Origin: a bacterium
GTDB taxonomy: Bacteria; Hinthialibacterota; Hinthialibacteria; Hinthialibacterales; Hinthialibacteraceae
Direction: 5' to 3'
DNA: 64,000 nucleotides
Assembly: GCA_963663405.2 (NCBI GenBank)
Contig: CAXXSM010000110.1
Span: forward strand, 1-64,000
Positions 29,501 through 39,639 of this stretch are shown one piece after another. Both the position numbers and the translations under genes were made by a program. The notes under the pieces are model-generated. The model was not told where the DNA came from, searched no databases, and saw only the letters and a program-made list of their open reading frames with translations. The number at the start of each line of letters is the position of its first letter. The stretch's first letter is position 1.

Positions 29501-30430
29501 TCAGTCTTTCATGCGGGATAGTATGCTTGAGTCTTCCAATGCGAACTGGCGGCCTAGGACCGACACTCGATCGGCAAGGGAACCATCATCCTGGACCCAG
29601 ATAGAAGCGCCCAATCCCCGGTTGAGAATCCGTTGTTCGGTCGTGAGCCAGACGAAAGAGTCGTCCGGAATTTGTTGTGCGAGATTATGTATTTGTTTCA
29701 ACCGGCGGTCAGAATTACAAACCACTAACAAAACAAATCCGTTCAATGGCGCCTTGAAAAAACGCTCATACCGTTTGTATCCTTGGGAATGAAAGTAGAG
29801 CTGGTACCGATAGAATTTGTGATGAATCGATCTTGAGTTGCCATTTTCGCTGGCAAGAGGTTCCGTGGAACGATCGACTTCTAAGAAAAACAGGTACGTT
29901 TTCCCCAAGCCGGAATTAGTGATTGCCATGACCGCGTCAGGGATGAAACTGGCTTTCATATCGCCCATTCCATCCACAGGCACTTGATCGTAGATGAAAG
30001 GTTTTCCATTTTGCGTAGGCGGTAAAAACGGGGATGTTTGAGAGAGGAATTCAATGGAAATCGCTGAATTTCTTTGTAGGATTTGCGCGGCGATCTGGAT
30101 CCAATTCACGCTCAGTTGATGTTCGATACTCACCGGACTTTTCCACCCGATCTTCTCATACGAATGTTCTTCTTCCAACGCGCCTTTTTCATGCAGGCAT
30201 TGAACGCCTTTCTGGGAGAGTGAATAAATGAATTCCGGCCGTCCTGACTGCCCTCGCACAACTCGCTTTCTTTCGATCGCGTAATCCATGCAAAACAGTT
30301 TCGCCATCCGCCTGCGGACAGTCCGAACATGGGCGCCTTCCAGAACGGCGATTTGCTTGACCGTCAAAAGCCGGTATTCCGCAATCAAGTACGCTAATTT
30401 CAGGTCTTTCGAATCGATTTTTTGAGTCAT
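29501..30430 (-). CDS. Replication-relaxation (Replic_Relax) family protein
   Basis: N-terminal wHTH (LLTVKQI...VRRRMAKL...YSLSQKG), IEHQLSVN, IPDAV, FFLEVDRSTE, KFYRY. Confidence 0.82.
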   Translation of the reverse strand: MTQKIDSKDLKLAYLIAEYRLLTVKQIAVLEGAHVRTVRRRMAKLFCMDYAIERKRVVRGQSGRPEFIYSLSQKGVQCLHEKGALEEEHSYEKIGWKSPVSIEHQLSVNWIQIAAQILQRNSAISIEFLSQTSPFLPPTQNGKPFIYDQVPVDGMGDMKASFIPDAVMAITNSGLGKTYLFFLEVDRSTEPLASENGNSRSIHHKFYRYQLYFHSQGYKRYERFFKAPLNGFVLLVVCNSDRRLKQIHNLAQQIPDDSFVWLTTEQRILNRGLGASIWVQDDGSLADRVSVLGRQFALEDSSILSRMKD

Positions 30431-30647
30431 GATGTTTCCTCCATCTTTATTTATAAAAAGAAGCGGGAAGAAATGACCAGATATTTCAATTGAGCAAATC
30501 CACACGAAGGAATTCTCTATTGCTGAGGATTGGATTGGAAATCTATGATAAGCGAGATCAGCAAAACCTGTTTGTAGCAAATTTGATTCATTTAAAAACC
30601 GAAACATTTAAATACAGGTTCATCACTACTTTATAGAAACAACACCC

Positions 30648-31244
30648 GTGGTGATTGCATTGAATTTCGGACAACCAAACTACAATCAACATACGCCTTA
30701 TATGGGCTTGGAATCGAGAACGGATTATTTGAATCCTTCTTCATCGGTTTATTCCCAATCTAAATCCTTGTCCCTTAAACAACCGGAAACTTACTCTGGA
30801 GAGATTGACTCGGACAAAGTTTTGTCCCCCACTCATCTGGATGCGCTGACTGATGGAATCCGATCTGAAAAAACGAGGGATCCGATCAACCATTTTCTGG
30901 CGGATAAGAAAGCGTTTTTATCGAAAAGCGTGGAAGATATTTTGGGGATGATTTATGAACGAGAATATTTACGGGATACGAACTGTTACCGGATCGATCG
31001 GGATTCCTGTTACATCTCCCAGAAACTGTATGAAATCTACTACATTCCCATCGGCCTGAATCCCAACATCGATAAACTGCGCTCCAATCTCGAACGGGAG
31101 ATGATTGCGTTTGAACGTGAGAAGCGGATGGAATCGGTGGCGTGCTGGCGGGATATCACTCGCTTAAAAAACGATCTGCGCGAAGTCATGCGCGAGTTTT
31201 CCCAAGAAAATCGTAAAGGTTATCTGCTGTCAGGTGATCGATAA
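30648..31244 (+). CDS. Hypothetical helical protein coupled to the ATPase gene
   Basis: Long ORF ending 2 bp before the ATPase start. Confidence 0.7.
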   Translation: MVIALNFGQPNYNQHTPYMGLESRTDYLNPSSSVYSQSKSLSLKQPETYSGEIDSDKVLSPTHLDALTDGIRSEKTRDPINHFLADKKAFLSKSVEDILGMIYEREYLRDTNCYRIDRDSCYISQKLYEIYYIPIGLNPNIDKLRSNLEREMIAFEREKRMESVACWRDITRLKNDLREVMREFSQENRKGYLLSGDR

Positions 31245-31246
31245 AA

Positions 31247-33229
31247 ATGGAGGTTTATGAATTGTGCCGGAAGCTGAAACCCGTGTTAGGCGATCGAGCG
31301 GATCGATTGTGGTTGGCCTATCTGGCCGAGGATAATCGCGGGAAACAGGAATTGGAGATCGCATTACAGTTGTTAGCCGCTCAACATCTGGGCGTAAACG
31401 TTCAGTTTCCTGATGTTCATCTATCCGCTCCACCACAGGATAAATCTCATGGAAAGTATAACCTCGGTTCGGTGGTCTATTGCGATCGGCCGCTTCATCC
31501 ATTTGGGCTCCGGGAAGATGAACTGATTCAACATACCGCGATCTTTGGCCGGTCGGGAGCAGGCAAAACCAATACGGTGTTTGTCCTTCTGGAGAGTTTG
31601 CTGGATCAAAAAAAGCCGTTTCTTTTGTTCGACTGGAAGCGAAATTATCGAGATCTTTTATCCGTACGGAAAGATGAAATCTTGGTTTATACAGTTGGAG
31701 GACAGACCGTTCCCTTTGCGTTCAATCCATTGATTCCTCCGGAAGGAACCAGCGCGGCGGTCTGGCTCAAAAAAATGATCGAAATCATCGCTCACTCCTA
31801 CTACTTGGGAGAGGGCGTCATGTATCTTCTCCAGGAAGCGATCGATGCGGTGTATCACTCCTTCAATGTGTACAAAGGAAATCCTCCTAAATACCCCACC
31901 TTTAAAGATGTTCTGGAATGGCTCGAAAAACATCCAGTCAAAGGACGTAAAGCGCAATGGATGGATTCCGCTTTGCGGGGTGTTCGATCGATCTGTTTTG
32001 GGCATATGGGGAACGTGATGAATACCAGCGTTCAATCGAACGTTGGCGATCTATTGACCAGGAACGTAATCCTGGAATTGGATAGTCTGACGAACGCGGA
32101 TAAAACATTCACGATCGAGTCGCTCTTGCTGTGGATTCATCATTACCGTTTGACACAGCCGGATCGAGAGACCTTCAAACACGCCATGATCATCGAGGAA
32201 GCGCATCACATTTTACTGAAACGTTCCGGCGCCGGCAGCGGCGGGGAAGCGATCACGGACACCATTCTCCGTGAAATCCGGGAGTTGGGAGAAGGGATCG
32301 TGTTGGTGGATCAGCATCCGAGTTTGATCTCGATTCCCGCCATGGGCAACACCTACGCCACGATCTGCATGAATCTGAAACACCGGTCCGATGTCAACGC
32401 GGCGGGTGGGGCGATGCTGATTGACAATGAAGAGCGGGAATTATTGGGGCGGCTGCCAATTGGACGGGCGGTCGTCAAACTGCAGGGCCGCTGGCTGCAA
32501 CCGTTTGAGATCTCGATTCCCCATCGAAAAATCCCTAAAGGATCTGTGAACGATACCGCTTTGGCGCAGCACATGGTAGAACGGAATATCCTCAATCCTT
32601 ATGCGGAATATGATGAGGTCGTACATGGTACTGAGAACCCTATCACTATCCAATTGAATGAGAAAGAAAAAACCTTTTTGATCGATGTGTTTCAGAATCC
32701 ACTGTTTGGCGCGGTGGAGCGGTACCGGCATCTTCATTTGAGCCGACGAAAAGGAAACGCGATTCGGGAATCGTGTATCGAAAAAGATTTGATCGAGCCG
32801 GAAGAGATCCGGACACACAGCGGGAAAACAGTTCTGCTGGGATTAACGCCAAAGGGGAGAGCCTGTCTACGAAATATGAATTATGACGTTCCGAATAAAT
32901 CTCGTTGGGGCAGTCTGGATCATGAATTTTGGAAAGAAAAAGCCGCGCAACAATTCGTTCTTTTGGGTTGGACTGTCAGGAAAGAAGAATCCGGTCATGG
33001 ATACACAGATCTTGTGGCGGAAAAGAACGGCCAAAAAATTGCGGTGGAGATTGAAACGGGAAAATCAAATTGGAGGGAAAATATCCGGAAGAATCTAGCG
33101 GGAGATTATCGAGGGATTTTCATCCTAACTACCAAACCAGAAACGCAGAATCAGATTCTAAAAGTGATCGATGAAATGGAAACCAAGATCCCCATCAAAG
33201 TGAAACAAGTCCAAGATTTCGTGAAATAA
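31247..33229 (+). CDS. HerA/VirD4-like (DUF87) ATPase with C-terminal wHTH and PD-(D/E)xK-like domain
   Basis: HTAIFGRSGAGKT, IIEEAHH, REIRELG, VDQHPS. C-terminal DLVAEKNGQKIAVEIETG. Confidence 0.88.
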   Translation: MEVYELCRKLKPVLGDRADRLWLAYLAEDNRGKQELEIALQLLAAQHLGVNVQFPDVHLSAPPQDKSHGKYNLGSVVYCDRPLHPFGLREDELIQHTAIFGRSGAGKTNTVFVLLESLLDQKKPFLLFDWKRNYRDLLSVRKDEILVYTVGGQTVPFAFNPLIPPEGTSAAVWLKKMIEIIAHSYYLGEGVMYLLQEAIDAVYHSFNVYKGNPPKYPTFKDVLEWLEKHPVKGRKAQWMDSALRGVRSICFGHMGNVMNTSVQSNVGDLLTRNVILELDSLTNADKTFTIESLLLWIHHYRLTQPDRETFKHAMIIEEAHHILLKRSGAGSGGEAITDTILREIRELGEGIVLVDQHPSLISIPAMGNTYATICMNLKHRSDVNAAGGAMLIDNEERELLGRLPIGRAVVKLQGRWLQPFEISIPHRKIPKGSVNDTALAQHMVERNILNPYAEYDEVVHGTENPITIQLNEKEKTFLIDVFQNPLFGAVERYRHLHLSRRKGNAIRESCIEKDLIEPEEIRTHSGKTVLLGLTPKGRACLRNMNYDVPNKSRWGSLDHEFWKEKAAQQFVLLGWTVRKEESGHGYTDLVAEKNGQKIAVEIETGKSNWRENIRKNLAGDYRGIFILTTKPETQNQILKVIDEMETKIPIKVKQVQDFVK

Positions 33230-33437
33230 GGAAAAATAAAATCTCTGGAGTGAAACACCGTGTCAAAGGAATCCGATTTCAGTGATTCCAGGAGTATTTA
33301 CCTTTCATATTTCAATTGACCCTCTATAGAGCCTATTTCATTCCAGGATAAATAGAATCTTGGAATATCTTCATTCGGAAGAATCCGTTGGATAATTCCA
33401 AGATTCATAATCATGCAATGCATGGGATAATTGATCT

Positions 33438-34322
33438 TCAATCAACAACCATGGGCTGTGATTTCTTCCCCTCTTTTGTGAGAGATTCAATCTGAGTAAT
33501 GATGGTGGATGCGCATCGGCGGATCTTCTCCAGACGATTGAGCAGTTTGTTTTTATCGCCTTCCCACAGGCGGATGTAATCGGACGACGCTTGGATAGCC
33601 TGTACGCTGAACCGCTCACAGACAACACAGGCGACAGCTTCGGCCTCCAATTCACGCAGCGAACGGGAATCGTTGGTTGTTTGTCTTTGATGGAGAATTT
33701 CATGGGCGAATTCATGCGCGAGCACAGCGAAGGTTTCCGCGGAATCCATTCCCTTTTTAATCGTTATGGATCCTTTTTTGGAATAGCCAAACGCCCGGCC
33801 TGTGTACCCATAATCGAGCTGGATTCCATTTTTACGAACAGCTTGCTCCAGCATGGAAAGATATTGTCTCGCTTCACCTTGTGCTCGAAACGGTTCGGGT
33901 AATTTTGAGCCGTGTGTCTGCGCTAGATCGAAAACACAGACCACGCGGAACGAATATATTGTGTCTTCTTCAAATGGCTCTTTCGAGTCTTCTTGCTTTG
34001 TTTCTTTTGACTGTATTGAAGCTGTTTTCTTTTTGTAGCAAACCGGAGCGAGGATGCGGATGGCTTTCTCGCCGCGTTTAATGGATCGATGGAGACGTTT
34101 CCAGGTTTGAAATCCGGCGACTTGCGTGGCTTCAGGGCGTTGGGCCAAAATGAGAAATTGATTGGAGGTGGAGTACGTATGGAAAAGCGACATGGTTTTC
34201 AGGTATCGAGTCATTTCTGCTGAGTATCCTTTTTCCAGCTGCTCCCCCAATTTGGTGATGGTCTCCTGGATGATTTTCCGGCTTTGTTGGATCCGATCTT
34301 TAGTATTTTGGTTTGGTTTCAT
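33438..34322 (-). CDS. ardC: ArdC-like ssDNA-binding/anti-restriction protein with metallopeptidase domain
   Basis: YSTSNQFLILAQRPEATQVAGFQTWKRL...KRGEKAIRILAP, VFDLAQT, AHEFAH, ELEAEAVA. RBS GGAGG before ATG 34322. Confidence 0.85.
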   Translation of the reverse strand: MKPNQNTKDRIQQSRKIIQETITKLGEQLEKGYSAEMTRYLKTMSLFHTYSTSNQFLILAQRPEATQVAGFQTWKRLHRSIKRGEKAIRILAPVCYKKKTASIQSKETKQEDSKEPFEEDTIYSFRVVCVFDLAQTHGSKLPEPFRAQGEARQYLSMLEQAVRKNGIQLDYGYTGRAFGYSKKGSITIKKGMDSAETFAVLAHEFAHEILHQRQTTNDSRSLRELEAEAVACVVCERFSVQAIQASSDYIRLWEGDKNKLLNRLEKIRRCASTIITQIESLTKEGKKSQPMVVD

Positions 34323-34503
34323 TTGTATCCTCCGGCTAACTGGCCACCCTTGGACCAGTTGGCTGGAGGATCTCATCGAAGTAAGTAAAAGCATGAAATA
34401 ATTCAGAGAATCCAGCTGGATTATGTCCACGAATAATTTTCTATATGAAAGATAATTCCTCAAAAAAAGGGGATTTCTCCCCTTCAATTCATCGCAATCA
34501 ATC

Positions 34504-34854
34504 CTACCGTAAGAATAGAAAATACCAGCGTCGTTTTGACTTCTGGTTTTCCGTTTCACGATGAATACGCTGACGTTCCAGTTCTGAAAGCTTATGACCG
34601 ATTTCTTCTGTGGTTTCTTCCTGAGCAACAGCGCGATAGGCGGTGACGCTTTTGAAGATGACCGGTTGATACTTGGCTTCGACGATATCGATCAGTTCGA
34701 GGATTGCTGCGCCGATTCGAGCAGCTTTGACATGCTCTTGGAGATCGTTGAAGTGACTATCGAAAATCGATTGTTCGGTCAGGATATCTCGCAGTCCTCG
34801 GCCTACATTTCGATTCGATTTTGCGTTAGCTGTTTTACTACCGTTATTATTCAT
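34504..34854 (-). CDS. Hypothetical protein
   Basis: RBS AAAGGA. Co-oriented gene in the operon. Confidence 0.6.
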   Translation of the reverse strand: MNNNGSKTANAKSNRNVGRGLRDILTEQSIFDSHFNDLQEHVKAARIGAAILELIDIVEAKYQPVIFKSVTAYRAVAQEETTEEIGHKLSELERQRIHRETENQKSKRRWYFLFLR

Positions 34855-34876
34855 GATTTTGTTCCTTTCTGGTTTT

Positions 34877-35347
34877 TTAGATTTCTTGCCAGACCGATCC
34901 GGAATTGATGCCGGGGGCAATGGCGTGCGCGGCGGCTGTCAGCGTTCGATAGACTGTCCCATTGAACAGGATGGATCGACCATCGGAGCGTTTGTTGGAT
35001 GGATCGTCCACGATGACGGCTTCGTAGGTTTGGCCCCGATAGGTGGTTTGAATTGTTGAACCAACCGGTGGGATTTCCAATGGTTTGCGGGTGTGTTCGG
35101 GGATGTATTGCTCATCGCCGGTTTGGTTTGGAATCTTGGTTTGGATTTTCTCCTTTCTTTTTGGCTTTGAACTTTGATTCAGTGTTGGCGGTGATTTGAC
35201 ACTTGGTTGTGATTTGTTCGAATCACAATCGATGAGACGTCTTTCTTGTTCACGTATGCAATCGGTTTGGATGCCACAGCTCGCGCATTCCGGAGCGATG
35301 GGATCAAACAGGGCGAAACAGGATGGATTTTGGACACAGGTATCCAT
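34877..35347 (-). CDS. Cys-rich N-terminus plus RAMA/DUF2924-like C-terminal domain
   Basis: CF...ECASC...C. YRGQTYEA...ILFNGTVYRTLTAAAHAI...SG..W. RBS AAGGAG. Confidence 0.65.
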   Translation of the reverse strand: MDTCVQNPSCFALFDPIAPECASCGIQTDCIREQERRLIDCDSNKSQPSVKSPPTLNQSSKPKRKEKIQTKIPNQTGDEQYIPEHTRKPLEIPPVGSTIQTTYRGQTYEAVIVDDPSNKRSDGRSILFNGTVYRTLTAAAHAIAPGINSGSVWQEI

Positions 35348-35389
35348 TGATAAATCTCCTTTCGATATTGAATGGTTATTTGTTGCTGG

Positions 35390-37270
35390 TTATTTGCGGT
35401 TTCTGCGGAGTAATTCAGAAAACTTCGTGTAGAACGCTTTAGGAAGTTCTGGCAGGTTTTGAACGACTACGTTCTCTTTGAAGAAATTCTTTACGTAATC
35501 CGCTTGGATGCCAACGGCCACACACTCGATTCCGGCCTTTTCACATTTACGCAGGTTCTCTTCGAGATGTTTAATGACAGCTATCTGCATCGTTGGATTC
35601 CCGCTGTATGGTTCTCCATCCGTGAGAACAAGGATGATCTTTCGGGTTTCCTTCCGGATGACGATACGTTTTGCAGTGAAAATAATGGCGTCATCGATGG
35701 GTGTGTATTCCAGGGCGTTCATAGCAGGAACGCGAGGCTTCAGCGCCCGGAATGGTTCGTCGAACGCCTTAAAGATGGAATAGACGCAGGGAAAGAAGCG
35801 GGTATAGAGTTTGGAGAGTTGCTGCAAATCCATCCCCGTTTCCCGTGTCAATCGGGCGAAGGCCCGTTTGGAAGGCTCAGTCGTGAAGCCGATTACCTCG
35901 GAGGGGATACGCAGCTGGTTGAGTGTTTCAGCGAATAGGATGGCGACTTGGCGAGCCAGGTAGATGCGTGGGCCATTCATCGAACCGGACAGATCAACAA
36001 GAAGCGACACCGCTACCGAATCGGATTCGCATTCTTGGATTTGCCGAAAGACTTTGTTCGAGCCCTGATTGAGCAGCGCATAAAGCTTTTTGCTGTTGAC
36101 CTGGCCTTCTTCCCGATCGTTGACCCAGAACCGGGTATCGCGCGAACGGAGAGTTCGAATCAACTGTTGCCGAAGAGCGCCGACATGAGGCCGAACAGCA
36201 TTGCTCAAGTTTTGATAAGTTTCACCGTTATCCAATGATAGAGGCGTAACAGCTTTATCCAGCGATGGATCGTATACCCGGTAGGCTTGGTTTGTTCCAT
36301 CACTGAATTCTTCTTGGACTTGCTCTCTGATAGTTCTCTGGAGCTCGAATGGATGGCCGGTGGATGAGTATTGTCCGGCTAAGGCCTGATCCATCGCGCC
36401 TTTATTTCCATTCTCAGAATCATCTGATGGACTACTTTTCGAGTTCGAGTGTTCATCCGAGTTCGAACCATCTTGTTGATCCATAGAATCATCCTTTTGT
36501 CCCTCGGAACCGTTTTGCCGATTGTCAGATTCTTCTTGACCACCAGAGGAAGAGGATTTTGTTGATCGCTGATCCTTGTCTATTGGTTCTTGCTTGGATT
36601 CACCAGATGAGGATTGTAACTGTGATTCTCGATTCTTTTCCGTACTATTTGGTTGTTTTGAATTTGAAGGTTGACTTTCTTGCTCAGCTTTATACTTGAG
36701 GCGTTCCAGGATACTTTCCGCCATTGCGCAGGCTTCGTCAGTGTTATGGAGGGATTTGAACCGCTCCGCTTCGTTCTTGAATTGTTCCACCATTCCGATC
36801 GCGTCTTCGCCATACTGGTCATAGGGCAGATCCATTCCAGTAAGGAACAGACCACACAAGAACCGGACTGGGAGAGGCATTTGATCGATGGGATGAGTGC
36901 GAGTGATCTCTGCGACGCTGTGCAGGATGTTGTGACGTGAGCCCGGATATTCCTTCTGCATGGCGTAATTGACGCGCACATCTTCGATGACATTAAGCGT
37001 ATCAAATCCGAAATCGCCCCATTTCTGTTTGAAATTCTTCATGCGGCCATCAAAGTCGCTGAAGAGGATATGGGCGGTCTCATGATCCAACTCACCACGG
37101 ACCAAACTCCATAACGACTCAGAGATCTCGTCTGGCAACGCCGGCAGCCAGATGGTCCGGCCGTCGGTCTTGCATTCGTTTCCTTTGCATTGGACTGAGA
37201 TGTTGTACTTACGGGACAAGATTCGTCCAACGCGTTCCAAGGTGGTTTCTAATCCGTATTGATTCTTCAT
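35390..37270 (-). CDS. CobT-like vWA protein (MGE type)
   Basis: TDGRTIWLP, DHETAH, NVIEDVRV, low-complexity S/Q/D linker, LLVDLSGSM, LVLTDGEP. Confidence 0.87.
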   Translation of the reverse strand: MKNQYGLETTLERVGRILSRKYNISVQCKGNECKTDGRTIWLPALPDEISESLWSLVRGELDHETAHILFSDFDGRMKNFKQKWGDFGFDTLNVIEDVRVNYAMQKEYPGSRHNILHSVAEITRTHPIDQMPLPVRFLCGLFLTGMDLPYDQYGEDAIGMVEQFKNEAERFKSLHNTDEACAMAESILERLKYKAEQESQPSNSKQPNSTEKNRESQLQSSSGESKQEPIDKDQRSTKSSSSGGQEESDNRQNGSEGQKDDSMDQQDGSNSDEHSNSKSSPSDDSENGNKGAMDQALAGQYSSTGHPFELQRTIREQVQEEFSDGTNQAYRVYDPSLDKAVTPLSLDNGETYQNLSNAVRPHVGALRQQLIRTLRSRDTRFWVNDREEGQVNSKKLYALLNQGSNKVFRQIQECESDSVAVSLLVDLSGSMNGPRIYLARQVAILFAETLNQLRIPSEVIGFTTEPSKRAFARLTRETGMDLQQLSKLYTRFFPCVYSIFKAFDEPFRALKPRVPAMNALEYTPIDDAIIFTAKRIVIRKETRKIILVLTDGEPYSGNPTMQIAVIKHLEENLRKCEKAGIECVAVGIQADYVKNFFKENVVVQNLPELPKAFYTKFSELLRRNRK

Positions 37271-38361
37271 GATTCATTCGCTCCTTTCTGTGTAGGATTC
37301 ATGAGATCTCCCAGGCGCCGCTGCGCGATTTCTTCAACGACGCGCCGGTCATCTCGGGAGAGCTTGTTGAGAACGGTGAGTTCCAACGCTTTGGTCAGGT
37401 TACCGAGTTGATCGTATTTCCTGGCGAAAGCGAGCAAGCGACGGGTGGAAAAACTGCAATAACACTCTTCGCGTTCCGCCGCTTCGCGGACCTGGCGGGC
37501 GTATTTCACCAGACGTCTGATGTCGGTCTTTTTCAGGCTGGAGACTTTTTGAGAGAGGATTTCGGTCTCGGTTTTCTCATCTGGGTAGTCCAGATAGATG
37601 ACTGTGTCAAACCGGTCTTTGAAGGCTTCGTTCAAAATCTGCGTTCCAGCGTACAATCCAGACTCATCTCCATTACCGATCGTATTGGCGGTGGCGATGA
37701 TGCGAAAATCGGGATGGGGAGCGATTATCTCGCCGTCTTTTTCGAGAAGCGTGAGTTTGCCGCATTCTTCGAGCACGCTTTGGAGCACAAATAAAATATT
37801 TGGCAGAGCCGCGTCGATCTCATCGAGCAGCAGCCAATCACCGTTTTTCATGGCAGTGGGCAGGATGCCCTCGCTGTAAACCATTTCTTTGCCACGAACG
37901 GTCCAGCGGCCCAAGAAATCAGAGACCGTAGTCTCGCCATTCAGGTTGCAGCGCCGCAAAGGAGTATTGGTCTGGGCGGCGAGCTGCATGACCAGCGAAC
38001 TTTTTCCTGTGCCGGTCGGACCGACGATCATCACGTTTTCCTGGTGGTTAATGGAGTGGATCAGGTAAGCGGCCTCGGGCGGGAATTGGTAATGCGGATC
38101 AGAGTTAGGCACTATCGGATTTGCGCCATTTCTCTTTTTGAGCGCCGCGTCATGAATCCGGAACTCTGCTGTGGCTTGTATCGGTGTTCGTTTGACGGTT
38201 TTGCCGGATTGGATCTGATTGAGCAATGCCGGAGCCACCAGAGGCGCGCCAGGGTATTGCTTCAGGTACTCTTGCGCCGTTGTGCGGTGACATTCACCGA
38301 GGTGACCATACAAAGCGCCATGGATTGACTCTCCACAAAGTTGACAGGTGATAGTATTCAT
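37267..38361 (-). CDS. CobS/CbbQ-like MoxR AAA+ ATPase with N-terminal C2H2-type finger
   Basis: CQLC...H...H, GPTGTGKS, LLDEID, IIATANT, NEAFKDRF, FSTRRL. Confidence 0.9.
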   Translation of the reverse strand: MNTITCQLCGESIHGALYGHLGECHRTTAQEYLKQYPGAPLVAPALLNQIQSGKTVKRTPIQATAEFRIHDAALKKRNGANPIVPNSDPHYQFPPEAAYLIHSINHQENVMIVGPTGTGKSSLVMQLAAQTNTPLRRCNLNGETTVSDFLGRWTVRGKEMVYSEGILPTAMKNGDWLLLDEIDAALPNILFVLQSVLEECGKLTLLEKDGEIIAPHPDFRIIATANTIGNGDESGLYAGTQILNEAFKDRFDTVIYLDYPDEKTETEILSQKVSSLKKTDIRRLVKYARQVREAAEREECYCSFSTRRLLAFARKYDQLGNLTKALELTVLNKLSRDDRRVVEEIAQRRLGDLMNPTQKGANES

Positions 38362-38378
38362 CTCGTTTTCCTTTCTAA

Positions 38379-38410
38379 TAAAAAAATCCCGGCAGACGCC
38401 GGGGCTGTTT
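38379..38410 (-). terminator. Terminator-like hairpin
   Basis: Minus strand CCCGGC-GTCT-GCCGGG followed by a T tract. Confidence 0.55.
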
Positions 38411-38460
38411 CGTTTGCAGGCTTTACGCCCTTTTTCATTTGTTTGAACTGTGGAATCGGA

Positions 38461-38697
38461 TCATTGGATCTTGATTCCAGGATCGGTGAAATTTTTCTCA
38501 CAGTTTTGACAGTAGAGATATTCCATTACCGGATTGATTCCATCCTCGACAGACTCGATTTCCTCTTCCGCCCAAATCAAACCGCAATCATCCTGGTAGA
38601 GATTGCGATAGATGCTGGAGGGAAGCACGACACAGAGCTGGATGCGTTTCACATCTTCATTTCCACAATGCGGGCATTGGATTTCTTTGATACACAT
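38461..38697 (-). CDS. Small Zn-ribbon protein
   Basis: CPHC...CQNC. RBS AAGGA. Confidence 0.7.
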   Translation of the reverse strand: MCIKEIQCPHCGNEDVKRIQLCVVLPSSIYRNLYQDDCGLIWAEEEIESVEDGINPVMEYLYCQNCEKNFTDPGIKIQ

Positions 38698-38741
38698 TTC
38701 ATTTTTCCTTTCTTTGATTGATGTGGTTTACGGTTAAATTG

Positions 38742-38779
38742 AAAAAGACCGGACAGAACTTGGTTCCATCCGGCCTTTT
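38742..38779 (-). terminator. Terminator-like hairpin
   Basis: aaaagaccgga...tccggcctttt inverted repeat with A/T tails. Confidence 0.5.
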
Positions 38780-38904
38780 GCCTATGAATTGATTCAAATA
38801 GAACTAATCAACATCGATGTCATTGATGTTGAGTTAGCGCATCATCTTTGCGGGGGAAGGATAACTTGTAGGATGAATCGAGGAATGAGAAAAAGGAAAG
38901 AGAA

Positions 38905-39342
38905 TTACTCACTTTCCCAGACGGAAACCATGCAGGGATCGCCTTCTTCGTCCATCTCCGTTTCCTCGCGTAGCTCTTGCTCGGTGAGATTGTCCACGTC
39001 GTAATCCTGGACACGGATTCTTACGCCAGCGGGGATGTTTTGGATATCCTGGATAACACCGCCGCGCACAAAGACGGTCACTTCATCCAATTCGATGACT
39101 GTAACATTCTTGATAGCCCGGCAACCTATCATCGCTATTCCTTCGTTGTGAAAGGCAGCCATGATTTCGCGTTCGTCCTCCGCATCATCCGCGTACATCG
39201 CAGCGAGTTCCTTGTAAGCTTGATCTTCTTTGTTTTCACCATCCGATTTTATGAAGATCGTCTCACAGTACTCGTGTTCTCCATCCACGATAGTGTAATG
39301 GACCTTCATCGTTCGATTTTCTTTTCTTGTGGTGTTTTTCAT
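38905..39342 (-). CDS. Acidic hypothetical protein (phage/ICE-like)
   Basis: RBS AAGGAGGT. VFVRGGVIQDI...VQDYD motif. Confidence 0.72.
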   Translation of the reverse strand: MKNTTRKENRTMKVHYTIVDGEHEYCETIFIKSDGENKEDQAYKELAAMYADDAEDEREIMAAFHNEGIAMIGCRAIKNVTVIELDEVTVFVRGGVIQDIQNIPAGVRIRVQDYDVDNLTEQELREETEMDEEGDPCMVSVWESE

Positions 39343-39375
39343 TGTTTTGATACCTCCTTCTTTTTTTTCATTGAA

Positions 39376-39639
39376 CTAGTAATCCTCTGGAAAAATCAAC
39401 GACACCAGATTTTGGCCATCGGTTCCGGCTCCTTCATCCAGGATGCCCCACAACCGGCGCCCGTTGATCTGGACGATCCACAGGTTGGGATTGGCTGGAT
39501 CGGGAACCTTCATCTTCTCAAAGAGAATCGTGAACGCGTGATGGATTTCTTCTGGTGTCAATGTTTCGTATACAGCTCGTGACACAACAGTTTGGGATTG
39601 GACTTCTACGGTACTGCTTGTTCGATTGGTTTCTTTCAT
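39376..39639 (-). CDS. Small plasmid-type hypothetical protein
   Basis: RBS GGAGGT. C-terminal LIFPEDY. Confidence 0.7.
   Translation of the reverse strand: MKETNRTSSTVEVQSQTVVSRAVYETLTPEEIHHAFTILFEKMKVPDPANPNLWIVQINGRRLWGILDEGAGTDGQNLVSLIFPEDY

Noticed and set aside
35390-38361. Genuine cobaltochelatase cobS/cobT
   Set aside because: There is no cobN or cobalamin context. The setting and extra domains fit the MGE-type MoxR/vWA pair, so gene symbols were withheld.
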